Source: Clostridiales bacterium (GTDB lineage: Bacteria > Bacillota > Clostridia > Christensenellales > Pumilibacteraceae). From it: a DNA stretch of 64,000 bases. Both the position numbers and the translations under genes were made by a program. The stretch covers positions 32,230 through 96,229 of the forward strand of contig JAFLVI010000001.1 in assembly GCA_022508405.1 (NCBI GenBank), in the 5' to 3' direction. Positions 1-10,869 of this stretch are shown here, one piece after another (position 1 is the stretch's first letter; every line of letters begins with the position of its first letter). The notes below the pieces were generated by a model. The model made no database searches and was not told where the DNA came from. It was given only the letters and a program-made list of their open reading frames with translations.

Positions 1-695
1 TCGGCTGCGGCTTTATCCTTGGCGGCTTCCGCCTTTACCTTGTCCACGGCCTTTTGCTTAGCCTTTTCCGCCGCGACCTTTTGTTTGCCTTGCTGTTCCT
101 TAAGGTTGGCAATTTCTTCCTGCAACTCGATTATCTGGTTGTGGTACTGGTTGTTCTGGTCGGTGAGCAGGCGGTTCTGCAACGTCAAGTCGGTGACCGA
201 CTTGGACATTTCCGACGTGGTGGTGTCGCTGGAAATAGCTTCCGTTGCGGCGTTTGCCGATTCAAGCGCTTTGCTGAGCTCGGTTATGCGTGCGTCCTTT
301 TCGTCCAAGCGCTTTTTAAGTCTTTCAAACTGCTCGTCGGACATAGCGGACTGGGGCGCTTTATCTTTGTACTCAAGTTCGACTTCTCTGCGGATAATCG
401 GCTCGATTTCGTTGCGGATGCGGTTGCGCAATTCGGCGTTGTCCTGCAACACCTGTTCGTTGGACGCACCGCCGCCGTTTTTGAGTTGGTTCTTTTTCTT
501 CTTGTTTTTAACAGCCAAAACGATGACCGTAATCAAAAGTATAACCACTAATACAATCATTATAGCGGCTACAAGCGTCATGGCTGTAAACAGACCGGCA
601 AGCTTTTCGAAGAATGCTTTGTTTGTAGCATCGACCGTTTCCGGCACGGTAAGCCCGAATAGCTTAGCCATAAATTCAAAAAGTTTTTGCATCAT
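1..695 (-). CDS. Membrane-anchored coiled-coil protein, 3' end outside window
   Basis: Translated by hand (not in ORF track): MMQKLFEFMAKLFG...AAIMIVLVVILLITVIVLAVKNKKKK (TM helix plus basic stop-transfer) then E/K/Q/A-rich coiled coil; GGAGGA RBS at 696-701; consensus promoter upstream. Confidence 0.8.
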   Translation of the reverse strand, partial: MMQKLFEFMAKLFGLTVPETVDATNKAFFEKLAGLFTAMTLVAAIMIVLVVILLITVIVLAVKNKKKKNQLKNGGGASNEQVLQDNAELRNRIRNEIEPIIRREVELEYKDKAPQSAMSDEQFERLKKRLDEKDARITELSKALESANAATEAISSDTTTSEMSKSVTDLTLQNRLLTDQNNQYHNQIIELQEEIANLKEQQGKQKVAAEKAKQKAVDKVKAEAAKDKAAA

Positions 696-723
696 TCCTC
701 CTAAATATGGACAATTTTTTACT

Positions 724-752
724 ATTATATCACCGATTATTTTTGTTGTCAA
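724..752 (-). promoter_or_regulatory. Sigma-A promoter for the 1-695 gene
   Basis: TTGACA (752-747), 17 bp, TGn-TATAAT (729-724) on the minus strand. Confidence 0.8.
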
Positions 753-814
753 TAGTCATATCGAATATAATTCGACAAAATTAGTTTTGCCGTTACGGTT
801 TTTTGCGCGCATGC

Positions 815-843
815 TTGACAAAAATACGGCGGTGTTATATATT
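815..843 (+). promoter_or_regulatory. Sigma-A promoter for metK
   Basis: TTGACA-17-TATATT. Confidence 0.7.
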
Positions 844-880
844 TAATGTATTGAATTTTAAGTGAATTATACCGATACAC

Positions 881-2059
881 GTGGAGGATAAAGTGGATAG
901 AATAATCTCGTCGGAAAGCGTTACGGAAGGGCATCCCGATAAAGTATGTGATTATATAGCGGATAGTATTTTGGACGCCGCGCTCGAAAAGGACGAAAAC
1001 AGCCGAATCGCTTGCGAAGTGTGCTGTGCTACAGGGCTTGCGGTCGTGCTGGGCGAGTTCAACACCGAAGCCGATTTTATTGACGTTCAAAAAATCGCGC
1101 GCGATACCATTAAGGAAGTGGGATACACAGACCCCGCGCTCGGCTTTGATTACCGCACTTGCGCGGTGCTAAACTGCATTAACGGACAGTCGCCCGACAT
1201 AGCGTGCGGCGTCACTACGTCCATGGAAACGCGATTGGACAGGTCTTCCGATCCGTTTGACCGCGTGGGCGCAGGCGATCAGGGCATGATGTTCGGCTAT
1301 GCCACCGACGAAACGGAACAGCTTATGCCCATGCCCATCACGCTTGCGCACGCGCTTACCAAACAGCTGTCTGCCGTGCGCAAGTCGGGAGAACTCGACT
1401 TTTTGCGTCCGGACGGAAAGGCTATGGTTGCGCTTAGGTATGAAAACGGTTTGCCCGTCGGCGTGAGTACCGTTGTCGTGTCCGCTCAGCACAGCGAAAC
1501 AGCTTCCGAAAAAGACATACGTGACGGCATAATCGAATGCGTAATAAACCGCGTAATACCCAAAGCTATGCTTAAAGGCGCGGACATACTTATAAATCCC
1601 ACCGGACGGTTTGTCGTTGGCGGGCCTGCGGGCGATACCGGCGTCACAGGCAGAAAGATTATTGTGGACACATACGGCGGTGCGATAGCGCACGGCGGCG
1701 GAGCTTTTTCCGGCAAGGACGCGTCCAAGGTGGATAGATCTGCGTCCTACTATGCGCGGTACGTGTGCAAAAACATAGTTGCGGCGGGACTTTGCAAAAA
1801 ACTGCTTTTGCAAGTGGGCTACGCCATAGGTAAGGCGCGCCCCGTTTCGCTGTTTGTGGATTCTTACGGCACGGGCGACGACAGAAAAATACTGGAAGTT
1901 ATCCGCCGTGTGTTTGACTTCCGTCCCGCGGCTATTGCGGACAAGCTGGGACTTAAAAAGCCCATTTACAGGCTGACAACCAACTACGGACATTTCGGCA
2001 AAAAAGACCTTCCGTGGGAACAACTTGACAGTGTAGAAAAAGTTAAGGCACAGGTGTAG
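881..2059 (+). CDS. metK: S-adenosylmethionine synthetase
   Basis: [26 protein letters not shown] signature motifs. Confidence 0.97.
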   Translation: MEDKVDRIISSESVTEGHPDKVCDYIADSILDAALEKDENSRIACEVCCATGLAVVLGEFNTEADFIDVQKIARDTIKEVGYTDPALGFDYRTCAVLNCINGQSPDIACGVTTSMETRLDRSSDPFDRVGAGDQGMMFGYATDETEQLMPMPITLAHALTKQLSAVRKSGELDFLRPDGKAMVALRYENGLPVGVSTVVVSAQHSETASEKDIRDGIIECVINRVIPKAMLKGADILINPTGRFVVGGPAGDTGVTGRKIIVDTYGGAIAHGGGAFSGKDASKVDRSASYYARYVCKNIVAAGLCKKLLLQVGYAIGKARPVSLFVDSYGTGDDRKILEVIRRVFDFRPAAIADKLGLKKPIYRLTTNYGHFGKKDLPWEQLDSVEKVKAQV

Positions 2060-2061
2060 TT

Positions 2062-4230
2062 TTGGAGCAGATTACCGGCTCGGTAGAGGAAATAAAGTTC
2101 AGAAACGACGAAAACGGGTGGACGGTGCTCCTTTTGGACAGCGGCGGCGAGCCCGTTGTAGCCTGCGGCACGCTTCCGCCGGTCACGCCGGGGGACTGCG
2201 TGGAGCTTGACGGGGAATTTGTTATTCACCCCAAGTTCGGCATGCAGTTTAAAGCGGTGGGCGCAAGGCTTAAGATGCCGCACACCGTGTACGGGATTAT
2301 AAAGTTTTTGGGCTCCGGACTTATCGAAGGCGTGGGGGAAAAGACCGCCGCGCGCATAGCCGAAAAGTTTGGATCCGATACGATTGATATTATAGAAAAC
2401 AGCCCAAAGCGGCTTGCCGAAGTAAAGGGCATTTCCGCCGCCAAGGCGCAAAAGATAGCCGATTCCTTCCAAGCGCTTCGCGCCGAGCGCGACGCCGTTA
2501 TGTTTTTGGCCGGTTACGGGATTTCCGTAAACCTTGCGCTCAAGCTGTATTCCGTGTACGGCGCGGCAACTATTGCCACCGTCAAAACCAATCCGTATAT
2601 TCTTATTGAAGACGTTGGCGGCGTGGGGTTTTTGACCGCAGATAAAATCGCTCAGTCCATGGGTGTGGATCGCTTGAGCGAGTTTCGCATGCGGGCGGGG
2701 CTTTTGTACGCCCTTAAATCGGCGTGCGAAAAAGAAGGCAACACTTTTCTCCCGCGCGAAAAAACGTTTGAAGCCGCAAAAGGCGTTTTGGGCGAGTATG
2801 ACGAGAATATGCTTAACAAGGCGTACGACGGGCTTCTTATAGCGCGAAAGATTGTGGAACCGTTTGTCGGCGCGGTCATGCTTGAGCCGTACTTCCGCAC
2901 CGAAAAATCGGTTGCGGCAAGGTTGGTGCGGCGTATGGATAACGCCGGCGGTGTACCGTCCGATATATCGGAAATTATAGACAGGTTTCAGATTATTAAC
3001 GGAATAGTGCTGCACGAAGCGCAGCGCGAAGCTGTGGAAAAGGCAGTGTTTTCCGGCGCGTCCGTCATAACCGGCGGCCCGGGGACAGGCAAAACCACAA
3101 TAATAAACTGCATACTTTTTGTGCTTGACTTTATGTCGCAAACGGCGACACTGCTCGCGCCCACCGGCAGGGCGGCAAAGCGCATAACCGAAGGGTGCAA
3201 CAGAGAAGCTTCTACCATTCACCGCGCCATACTCGCGCTGGAGGACGGGGTTAAGTTTGCCACCTCCGCCGTCATAGTGGACGAGTTTTCAATGGTGGAT
3301 ATTTTTCTGTTTAAAATGCTTTTGGATAAGATTGCGGACGACACAAAGCTGATTATAGTGGGCGACGCCGATCAGCTTCCGTCAGTTGGCGCCGGAAACG
3401 CGCTACGCGATCTTATAGGCAGCGGGCTGATACCCGTAACAAGGCTGAACTTTATTTACCGTCAGTCAGAGACCAGTCTGATTGCGCTCAACGCGCACGA
3501 GATAAACGCAGGGCATATGCCCGACCTTACGGCAAAAAAGGGCGACTTCTTTTTCTTCCGTATGCGCGGGCAAGACGAAACCGCCGACATGACGGTGGAG
3601 CTGGCAACCACAAGGATTACCGATTTTTGCGGCATAGAGCCGTCCAAAATTCAGGTGATTGCCGCGCTTAAAAACGGCGTGTGCGGCGTGAACAGCCTAA
3701 ACGCGCGCTTGCAAAAGGCTCTTAACGGCGACGCAAAAAAGAGCGTGACCGTGGGCGATATTTTGTTTTGCGTGGGCGATAGGGTTATGCACACCGTAAA
3801 CAACTACGACCTTATGTGGACGCGCGGTGCGCAAAGCGGAGCCGGAGTGTTTAACGGCGATATCGGCATTGTGTCGCACATATTCGACACCGGCGAAATA
3901 GAAGTTGAGTTTGAAGACGGGCGCGTTGTTCTATACGAAGGGGAGATCAAGCGTCAGCTTATTTTGTCTTATGCGGTGACCGTTCACAAAAGTCAGGGCT
4001 GTGAGTTTGACGCGGTGGTCATGCCGGTGGTGGGCGGTTCGCCCGTCATTATGACAAGGAATTTGCTGTACACCGCAATCACGCGCGCCAAAAAAATGGC
4101 GGTGCTTGTGGGCGACGAGTACAACATAAAACGCATGGTGGAAAATAACTACGTCGCGGAAAGGTTTTCCGCGCTTAACATTTTTATAAACGACGCCAAA
4201 GCCGATATTCTTAAGCTATACGGAGAATAG
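2062..4230 (+). CDS. recD2: ATP-dependent RecD-like DNA helicase
   Basis: N-terminal OB/HhH region, GGPGTGKTT Walker A, IVDEFSM, GDADQLPSVG, YAVTVHKSQGCEF. Confidence 0.93.
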   Translation: MEQITGSVEEIKFRNDENGWTVLLLDSGGEPVVACGTLPPVTPGDCVELDGEFVIHPKFGMQFKAVGARLKMPHTVYGIIKFLGSGLIEGVGEKTAARIAEKFGSDTIDIIENSPKRLAEVKGISAAKAQKIADSFQALRAERDAVMFLAGYGISVNLALKLYSVYGAATIATVKTNPYILIEDVGGVGFLTADKIAQSMGVDRLSEFRMRAGLLYALKSACEKEGNTFLPREKTFEAAKGVLGEYDENMLNKAYDGLLIARKIVEPFVGAVMLEPYFRTEKSVAARLVRRMDNAGGVPSDISEIIDRFQIINGIVLHEAQREAVEKAVFSGASVITGGPGTGKTTIINCILFVLDFMSQTATLLAPTGRAAKRITEGCNREASTIHRAILALEDGVKFATSAVIVDEFSMVDIFLFKMLLDKIADDTKLIIVGDADQLPSVGAGNALRDLIGSGLIPVTRLNFIYRQSETSLIALNAHEINAGHMPDLTAKKGDFFFFRMRGQDETADMTVELATTRITDFCGIEPSKIQVIAALKNGVCGVNSLNARLQKALNGDAKKSVTVGDILFCVGDRVMHTVNNYDLMWTRGAQSGAGVFNGDIGIVSHIFDTGEIEVEFEDGRVVLYEGEIKRQLILSYAVTVHKSQGCEFDAVVMPVVGGSPVIMTRNLLYTAITRAKKMAVLVGDEYNIKRMVENNYVAERFSALNIFINDAKADILKLYGE

Positions 4231-4238
4231 AGTGAGTT

Positions 4239-5162
4239 ATGACAAACAACAGCTACGACAAAATCAAGTATAACATACTGCGCGCCGCGCTTATATTGAT
4301 AGGCGCGGGCACCGGATATCTCGCGCTGTGGCAGTATTTTTCGGTTTATCCGAACATTATACGGCGGGAATACCAAATTGTGATCACCGTGGTGTCGTCC
4401 GCGCTTACCGCGCTTATATTCGGCTTGTCGACAAAGGCCGTATACAGACTTGTGGAGTCTATTGTGAGCGCGGTAACGGGGATTAAAGAAAGGATGGGAG
4501 TGCGCGGCATTGTGGCCGTTTTGCTCGGCTTGTTGTCGGCAGTTGTGCTTGTAGTGGTTTTTGACATAGTTATACGCAGATTTATAGATATTTGGGCGGT
4601 GCGATTGCTCGCCGACGTCCTTGTGTATATACTGAGCGCCGCGGGATTTTGCGTAGGCTTTACCAAATGGCTCAACGCGCCCAAAACCGAAAAGGCGGAC
4701 GCACCCGCCGTGGGGTATTTGCTTGCGGCGGAATGCTTTAAGGACGAGCGCGTGCTTACCGCCGTACACACGCTTATCAACGTAAAGGTGCTCGGCGGCG
4801 CGTACAAGGCGCTGTGTCTTTACGGCGGGGAGAGCGGCGGAGAAGCCGCAAAGCTTATGGACGCGCTTATAAACGGCGGCATGATTTCCGTACTTAATAC
4901 CGGCAAGGATTTTAAGGACGGCGAAGAATACGAACAACTGGAACAGCGGACCGCCAAGGCAAAAAGGCTAAAGCGCATATCGCTTGAACCGTCACAAAAC
5001 GAACTGTCCGTTTCGGCTTTTTCCTTGCCCACGGCGGAGATGAAGCAAGCCGCTTTGGCGTTGCAAACGGGTGAACCTTCCACGCAGTCGGAAAACGAAA
5101 AAAGTTCATCTTCCGGTGCGCCCGCAGAGGACGTTAACGGGCAAATTATAATTGACAAATAA
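4239..5162 (+). CDS. Membrane protein, YacL/PIN-TRAM-like with degenerate PIN domain
   Basis: Four N-terminal hydrophobic helices followed by a soluble domain; YLLAAECFKDERV sits where YacL has ILDTSxIIDGRI. Confidence 0.5.
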   Translation: MTNNSYDKIKYNILRAALILIGAGTGYLALWQYFSVYPNIIRREYQIVITVVSSALTALIFGLSTKAVYRLVESIVSAVTGIKERMGVRGIVAVLLGLLSAVVLVVVFDIVIRRFIDIWAVRLLADVLVYILSAAGFCVGFTKWLNAPKTEKADAPAVGYLLAAECFKDERVLTAVHTLINVKVLGGAYKALCLYGGESGGEAAKLMDALINGGMISVLNTGKDFKDGEEYEQLEQRTAKAKRLKRISLEPSQNELSVSAFSLPTAEMKQAALALQTGEPSTQSENEKSSSSGAPAEDVNGQIIIDK

Positions 5163-5180
5163 CCGCCGTTGTTATATAAT
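5152..5180 (+). promoter_or_regulatory. Sigma-A promoter overlapping upstream stop codon
   Basis: TTGACA-17-TATAAT perfect consensus. Confidence 0.8.
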
Positions 5181-5234
5181 TTCAGTGTGACGGATTTTAT
5201 GGAATTTGTTGCAGTTTAATTTGGGAGCGAAAGC

Positions 5235-6575
5235 TTGAACACACGGGTGTACGAAAGCAAAGTTCATAAAATAGGACTGTCGTGCGATGCGTTTTCGACG
5301 GGCTGTCTTGTTATGTGCCTGCTGTTTTTTGTGCCCTATGTTTCCGCCGTGGACACCACGATTATGTGGGTTATGCCGGTGCTGTGCATATTGCCGTTTG
5401 CGGTCATGCCGCTCGTGTACATGGTTATTCACAGGTTTGATACGTTGCTGTTTGGCAGATACCATTTTGTAATGCCGCTTTCCGCCTTTTTGTGCGCGCC
5501 GTTTTTTGTAATTGCGTGGAGCGCAAACGGAGCGGGCATGGCTCAAACATATGCTGTGTTTTTCGGCATGTTGGTGTTTGCTTTGACCGTTATGATTTAC
5601 CGCTACTGCGCGTTTTCCGTGCGGGCGCGGCTGAGCGACATGGGAATAGTGGATAAGTACCCGCTGTACGAGCTGTTTTGCGCATTGGGCAGTATTGCCG
5701 CTTGCGGGGCGTTTGCCGGATTTTTGCATTACAATAGTCAAACGGTGTACGTCAACACCGCATACGTAATGGGCGGGGCTACCGTGCTTTTTGCGCTTAT
5801 TCAGTACCTTATAACATTTTACGATATCCCGAGATTGGGCGGCCGGCGCGTGGAAGGCGTTAAAAGCGTGTTCAAGTCGTTCTACGGCGGAATAGACGTA
5901 AAGCTGTATCTGTCCGCGCTTTTGTTTGAGGCGGCGTTTGCGGTCAACGCGGCGCTAATCGTCTACTTTGCGTTTGCGCTCGGCGTAGATATTTACGGCG
6001 TGATGGCCATAGTCGCCACAGTTATCGTAGCGTATGGAATAAGCGCATGTTTTTGCGCACGGATTATCGTGCGGAGAAGTGTTTTTCTGTCCGTTATAAA
6101 TATAATTTATATTGTTTTGTCTTGCGGAACGCTTGCCTTGCTCGCCGCACTGAACAAATCGGGGAGCGGCACGTTTGCCGGACTTATCATTGTTGCGGTT
6201 ATCGTCGGCTTGGGCGGAGCGGTGGCGGTGCGCCAGACAAAACTGCGCCTACTTACCGTCAAGCCGCGCGTGACTACCGGCACAGTGTTTATTCTATCCG
6301 AGTTGACAATGTTTGCCGCTGTGGGCATTGCGCTTTTGGCCGCCGCTGTAGTGGTTGCGGTTTTGCAGTCCACTATGTCCGTAACGGCGTTTATATACGG
6401 CTTTGCCATTGCCGTGGTGCTTGCATTGCTTGCCATGCTGTTGCGCGTTTTTCCCAAAAAGCGCAAGCCTGCCGCTTTGGATACGGCGGAGAGTTCGGCG
6501 GACAACGCAACCTACGCGTCCGCAACCTATGCGCCCGCAACCGATATTTCCCGCACCCAATCTACAAAAGAGTAA
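5235..6575 (+). CDS. Multi-pass membrane protein, probable MFS/GPH-like transporter
   Basis: About 11-12 hydrophobic segments; loop motif resembling DxxxxxxGRY. Confidence 0.6.
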   Translation: MNTRVYESKVHKIGLSCDAFSTGCLVMCLLFFVPYVSAVDTTIMWVMPVLCILPFAVMPLVYMVIHRFDTLLFGRYHFVMPLSAFLCAPFFVIAWSANGAGMAQTYAVFFGMLVFALTVMIYRYCAFSVRARLSDMGIVDKYPLYELFCALGSIAACGAFAGFLHYNSQTVYVNTAYVMGGATVLFALIQYLITFYDIPRLGGRRVEGVKSVFKSFYGGIDVKLYLSALLFEAAFAVNAALIVYFAFALGVDIYGVMAIVATVIVAYGISACFCARIIVRRSVFLSVINIIYIVLSCGTLALLAALNKSGSGTFAGLIIVAVIVGLGGAVAVRQTKLRLLTVKPRVTTGTVFILSELTMFAAVGIALLAAAVVVAVLQSTMSVTAFIYGFAIAVVLALLAMLLRVFPKKRKPAALDTAESSADNATYASATYAPATDISRTQSTKE

Positions 6576-6611
6576 AATAATTTTTGCGCGTTTGCGCCGA
6601 AAGGAGATAAT

Positions 6612-8207
6612 ATGAAGACCGATATCGAAATCGCTTACGAAGCTAAGCCTCAACCCATTGAGAGCATTGCAAAAAAGCTGAACATCACCGACATTTACCG
6701 CTACGGCGATTATGTGGCTAAGGTGAAGCCGGCAAACTCCCCCAAAGCGAAGATTATACTCGTTACCGCCATAAACCCCACGCCTGCGGGCGAGGGTAAG
6801 TCCACGGTGTCCATTGGGCTTGCGGACGGCATGAACCGCATAGGCAAGCTTACGGCCTTAGCGCTTCGCGAGCCGTCTTTGGGTCCGGTATTCGGCATGA
6901 AGGGCGGAGCCACCGGCGGCGGCATGGCGCAAATCCTGCCCATGGACGACATAAATTTGCATTTTACCGGCGACCTTCACGCGATAACCGCCGCCAACAA
7001 TCTGCTGTGCGCTATGATAGACAACAGCATTTACTTCGGCAATCCGCTAAAGATTGCAAAGGTTACGTTCAACCGTTGCATGGACTGCAACGACCGCGCA
7101 CTACGCTCCATTGTGGTCAATGCGGGCTCGGGTGCGCGCGACGACGGATTTAACATAACCGCCGCCAGCGAGATTATGGCGACACTCTGCCTTTCGTCCG
7201 ACTTTGACGACCTTAAAGTCCGTCTGGGCAGAATTATTGTCGCGTACGACTACGACGGCAAACCGGTTACGGCAGGCGATCTCGGCGCGAGTAACGCCAT
7301 GGCGGTGCTGCTTAAGGACGCGGCAAAGCCCAACCTTGTACAAACGCTTGAAGGCACGCCTGCATTTGTGCACGGCGGACCGTTTGCCAATATCGCGCAC
7401 GGCTGCAACTCCGTAATCGCCACAAAGACGGCGGCAAGCTATGCCGACTATGTGGTTACCGAGGCAGGCTTCGGCGCGGATCTGGGCGCGGAAAAGTTTT
7501 TTGACATAAAGTGCCGCACGTCCGGCATACGCCCGTCCGCCACGGTGCTTGTGGCGACTATACGCGCGCTCAAGTACGGCGGCGGCGGAGATCTGGCGCT
7601 CGGCATGGGCAACCTTATCAAGCATATAGAAAACCTTACCAAAGTGTTCGGACAAAACGTGGTTGTGGCTATCAACAGGTTTACGGACGACACCGAAGCG
7701 GATATCGCTTCCGTCAAGTCGGCGGTGAGCGCCGCCGGCGCAACCGCAGTGCTTTGCGAATGCTGGGCAAAGGGCGGCGCGGGCGCGGAAGAGCTTGCGA
7801 AAGCAGTAGTCAAAGCGGCTTCCGGCGCGCCCAAGCTTACGTTCAGCTATGACGACGGCGACACCGTTACCGAAAAGGTGCAAAAGGTTGCAACCAAAGT
7901 ATACGGTGCGGGCTCTGTCGTGTGGTCGGCTAAGGCCAAGAAGAGCCTAGAAAAAATGCTGCCTTTGGGCGTTGACAAGCTGCCCGTGTGCGTAGCAAAA
8001 ACCCAGTACTCGCTGTCCGACGATCCCAAAAAGCTCGGCCGTCCCGAAGGCTTTACAATAACCGTGCGCGACGTTCAGTATCGCGCGGGCGCAGGCTTTG
8101 TGGTAATCATCGCGGGCGACATAATGCTTATGCCCGGGCTTCCCAAAGTGCCAAACGCCGTGGGCATGACCGTTGATAACGACGGGAAAATTACAGGACT
8201 GTTCTAA
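6612..8207 (+). CDS. fhs: Formate--tetrahydrofolate ligase
   Basis: TPAGEGKST, GGATGGG, HGGPFANIAHG, EAGFGADLGAEKF, MPGLPK. Confidence 0.96.
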   Translation: MKTDIEIAYEAKPQPIESIAKKLNITDIYRYGDYVAKVKPANSPKAKIILVTAINPTPAGEGKSTVSIGLADGMNRIGKLTALALREPSLGPVFGMKGGATGGGMAQILPMDDINLHFTGDLHAITAANNLLCAMIDNSIYFGNPLKIAKVTFNRCMDCNDRALRSIVVNAGSGARDDGFNITAASEIMATLCLSSDFDDLKVRLGRIIVAYDYDGKPVTAGDLGASNAMAVLLKDAAKPNLVQTLEGTPAFVHGGPFANIAHGCNSVIATKTAASYADYVVTEAGFGADLGAEKFFDIKCRTSGIRPSATVLVATIRALKYGGGGDLALGMGNLIKHIENLTKVFGQNVVVAINRFTDDTEADIASVKSAVSAAGATAVLCECWAKGGAGAEELAKAVVKAASGAPKLTFSYDDGDTVTEKVQKVATKVYGAGSVVWSAKAKKSLEKMLPLGVDKLPVCVAKTQYSLSDDPKKLGRPEGFTITVRDVQYRAGAGFVVIIAGDIMLMPGLPKVPNAVGMTVDNDGKITGLF

Positions 8208-8209
8208 AT

Positions 8210-8244
8210 AATTCGGAATTCGGAATTCGGAATTTAGGATAAGG
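8210..8244 (+). repeat. Heptamer tandem array (AATTCGG)3-AATTTAG-GATAAGG
   Basis: Directly visible after the fhs stop; same terminus as the 12647 copy. Confidence 0.85.
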
Positions 8245-8273
8245 TTAAATAAAGAATATTTTCGGAGACAGCT

Positions 8274-9920
8274 ATGGACTTAGATAAAATTACACCGTCC
8301 AACTTTATAGAAGATATCATCTATAACGACTTGAAGAGCGGAAAGATAAAAAACGTTGTTATGCGTTTTCCGCCAGAGCCAAACGGCAGATTGCACATAG
8401 GTCACGCCAAGGCGGCGTGCTTTAACTTTACCACCGCGCAAAAGTACGGCGGTAAGTGCAATCTTCGCTTTGACGACACCAACCCCGTCAAGGAAGACGC
8501 AGATTTTTGCGATCAAATACTTAACGATATTAGGTGGCTGGGCTTTGAGCCGGCGGGAGTGTACTACGCTTCCGAGTACTTCGAGTACATGTACGACTGC
8601 GCGATTACGCTCATTAAAAAGGGTTTGGCGTACGTGGACGAAAGCACTCCCGACGAGATTAGGGCTATGCGCGGCACGCTTACAACCGCCGGCACGCTTT
8701 CTCCAGCGCGCAACCGCTCGGTCAAGGAAAACCTTGCGCTGTTTGAAAAAATGAGAAGCGGCGTTATTCCCGACGGCGGCATGGTGCTCCGCGCCAAAAT
8801 AGATATGGCTTCGCCCAACATGAACATGCGCGATCCGGTTGTTTACAGGGTGCTTCACACCCCGCACCACCGCACGGGCGACAAGTGGTGCATTTATCCC
8901 ATGTACGACTTTGCGCACCCCTTGGAAGACGCGGTGGAGGGCATTACGCACAGCTGCTGCAGTCTGGAGTTTGAAGATCACCGTCCGTTGTACGACTGGT
9001 TTATCGACAACTGCGAAACGGAAAACAAGCCGCATCAATACGAGTTTGCGCGGCTTAATATAACCGATACCGTAATGAGCAAGCGTTACCTTAAACAGCT
9101 TGTGGATATGGGTGCGGTGGACGGCTGGGACGACCCGCGCATGCCTACGCTTTCGGGACTGCGCCGCCGCGGCGTGCCCGCACACGCGATTGTGGCGTTC
9201 TGCAACGAAGTGGGGCTTGCCAAGTCCGTCGGCACAGTGGACGGCGCACAGTTTTACGACTGCGTGCGCGACGAGCTTAACGCTACCGCCAAGCGGTACA
9301 TGGTTACGCCCGATCCCGTGGAGCTGGACATAGTTAACCTTGCGGACGATTTTTGCGAAGAGATAGAAGTGACCGAAGGCGGCGAGTACACCGTGCCGCA
9401 CCCGACGGCAAACGATCCCGAAAAGCGCGAGACTCCCGTTGTTACGCGCAAGATAAGGCTTTCGCCCCGTCTTTTTATTAACCGCGACGACTTTATGGCA
9501 GACCCGCCCAAAGGCTATCACAGGCTTGTGCCAAACGGACTTGCTCGGCTTAAAAATTCGTTTATAGTAAGGTGCGTTGGCTTCGATACCGACGAAACGG
9601 GCAAGGTGACCAAAATCCGCTGCGAAAAAACGGACGAAGTAAAGGCCAAAGGCGTGATTCAGTGGGTGGACAGAGACTCCGCCGCGGATATAAAAATCAA
9701 TTATCTTTCGGCAATCGTGCCGGACGGCGACGGCGATTTTACCGACCGCATAGACTTTGGTTCGCTCAACGTCGGCACCGCCAAAGCCGAAAAAGGCGTC
9801 ACCGATTTGCCGATAGGCGAAGGCGTGCAGTTTTTCCGCATAGGCTACTTTGCGCGCGACAGCAAGGATACTAATTCCTTCAACCGCGTTGTGGAATTGA
9901 AATCCAGTTATAAGGCTTAA
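8274..9920 (+). CDS. glnS: Glutamine--tRNA ligase
   Basis: RFPPEPNGRLHIGH, WCIYPMYDFAH, VMSKR, GWDDPRMPTL. Confidence 0.95.
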   Translation: MDLDKITPSNFIEDIIYNDLKSGKIKNVVMRFPPEPNGRLHIGHAKAACFNFTTAQKYGGKCNLRFDDTNPVKEDADFCDQILNDIRWLGFEPAGVYYASEYFEYMYDCAITLIKKGLAYVDESTPDEIRAMRGTLTTAGTLSPARNRSVKENLALFEKMRSGVIPDGGMVLRAKIDMASPNMNMRDPVVYRVLHTPHHRTGDKWCIYPMYDFAHPLEDAVEGITHSCCSLEFEDHRPLYDWFIDNCETENKPHQYEFARLNITDTVMSKRYLKQLVDMGAVDGWDDPRMPTLSGLRRRGVPAHAIVAFCNEVGLAKSVGTVDGAQFYDCVRDELNATAKRYMVTPDPVELDIVNLADDFCEEIEVTEGGEYTVPHPTANDPEKRETPVVTRKIRLSPRLFINRDDFMADPPKGYHRLVPNGLARLKNSFIVRCVGFDTDETGKVTKIRCEKTDEVKAKGVIQWVDRDSAADIKINYLSAIVPDGDGDFTDRIDFGSLNVGTAKAEKGVTDLPIGEGVQFFRIGYFARDSKDTNSFNRVVELKSSYKA

Positions 9921-9972
9921 TATTTGTTTACAGTTTTCCTACCTATATTCAGTTGATAAAAGGAGTGAAATT

Positions 9973-10806
9973 ATGAAAATACTTGTCACCGGCGGAAGCG
10001 GGTTTATAGGCAAAACGTTTGTCAAGACGTACCGCAAAACATTCGATATAGTATCGCCCACGCAGGAAGAAATGGATTTAACAGACGCGCGCTCGATAGC
10101 AAAGGTTTTTGCATCGCACAAATTCGACGCGGTTGTGCATCTTGCGGGCGTGCCTATTATCGGCAATAAATCGCTGGAAGCGGACAATCTTATAATGTTT
10201 AAAAACATTCAATACATGTCCATTGCAAACGGCGTTAAAAAGCTTATCGTGCTGGGCGAAGGCGTGGACATGGACGCCTCCCGTCCCATTGAGGACATAA
10301 CGGAAAATATGTTGGGCAAACACGTGCCCGAGGACGGCTACGGGCTGGGGAAATACCTTATAAGCCTTTTGGCGAGCAAGGACAACATAACAACGGTGCT
10401 TCGCTTATTCCAAGTGTACGGCGTGGGCGGAAACAAATATCCGATTAACAAGATTGTTTCTGCCGGCAGCCGCGGCAAAAAGCAAATAGTGATAGACCGC
10501 GACAAAACGGTAAGCGCAATATCGGTTGACGACGCGGTAAAGGCGATTGCGGCGTTTATCTTGCGCGACTACGCCAAGGGCGACTACAACCTTGTTGCAA
10601 GCGACAAAATGAGCTATGTGGAAATCGCCAAGACTGTTAAAAGGCTTGTGCGCAAGGACGGCGGCGATATAGAAATAGTCGTTAAAGACCCCACGCCCGA
10701 TCTTGAATACAGCGCAAGCAGCGCTAAGCTTTTGGCTACCGTACCGATGACCATTACTTCCATGCAGAGCGGCATCAAAAAGCTGTACGAACAGCTCAAA
10801 AAATAA
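9973..10806 (+). CDS. NAD-dependent epimerase/dehydratase
   Basis: ILVTGGSGFIG Rossmann motif; VVHLAG; YGLGK (YxxxK). Confidence 0.85.
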   Translation: MKILVTGGSGFIGKTFVKTYRKTFDIVSPTQEEMDLTDARSIAKVFASHKFDAVVHLAGVPIIGNKSLEADNLIMFKNIQYMSIANGVKKLIVLGEGVDMDASRPIEDITENMLGKHVPEDGYGLGKYLISLLASKDNITTVLRLFQVYGVGGNKYPINKIVSAGSRGKKQIVIDRDKTVSAISVDDAVKAIAAFILRDYAKGDYNLVASDKMSYVEIAKTVKRLVRKDGGDIEIVVKDPTPDLEYSASSAKLLATVPMTITSMQSGIKKLYEQLKK

Positions 10807-10869
10807 GCGGATATCGTTTTACCGTAATTTGTTACCGAAATAATTTTTGCATGATTTTCAGGAGATATT

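Noticed and set aside
19-846. 275-aa plus-strand ORF
   Set aside because: Antisense shadow of the minus-strand membrane protein, which has an RBS and a consensus promoter
844-880. SAM riboswitch before metK (and purine riboswitch before purE at 38243-38272)
   Set aside because: Leaders are only about 30 nt from the predicted promoters, too short for either
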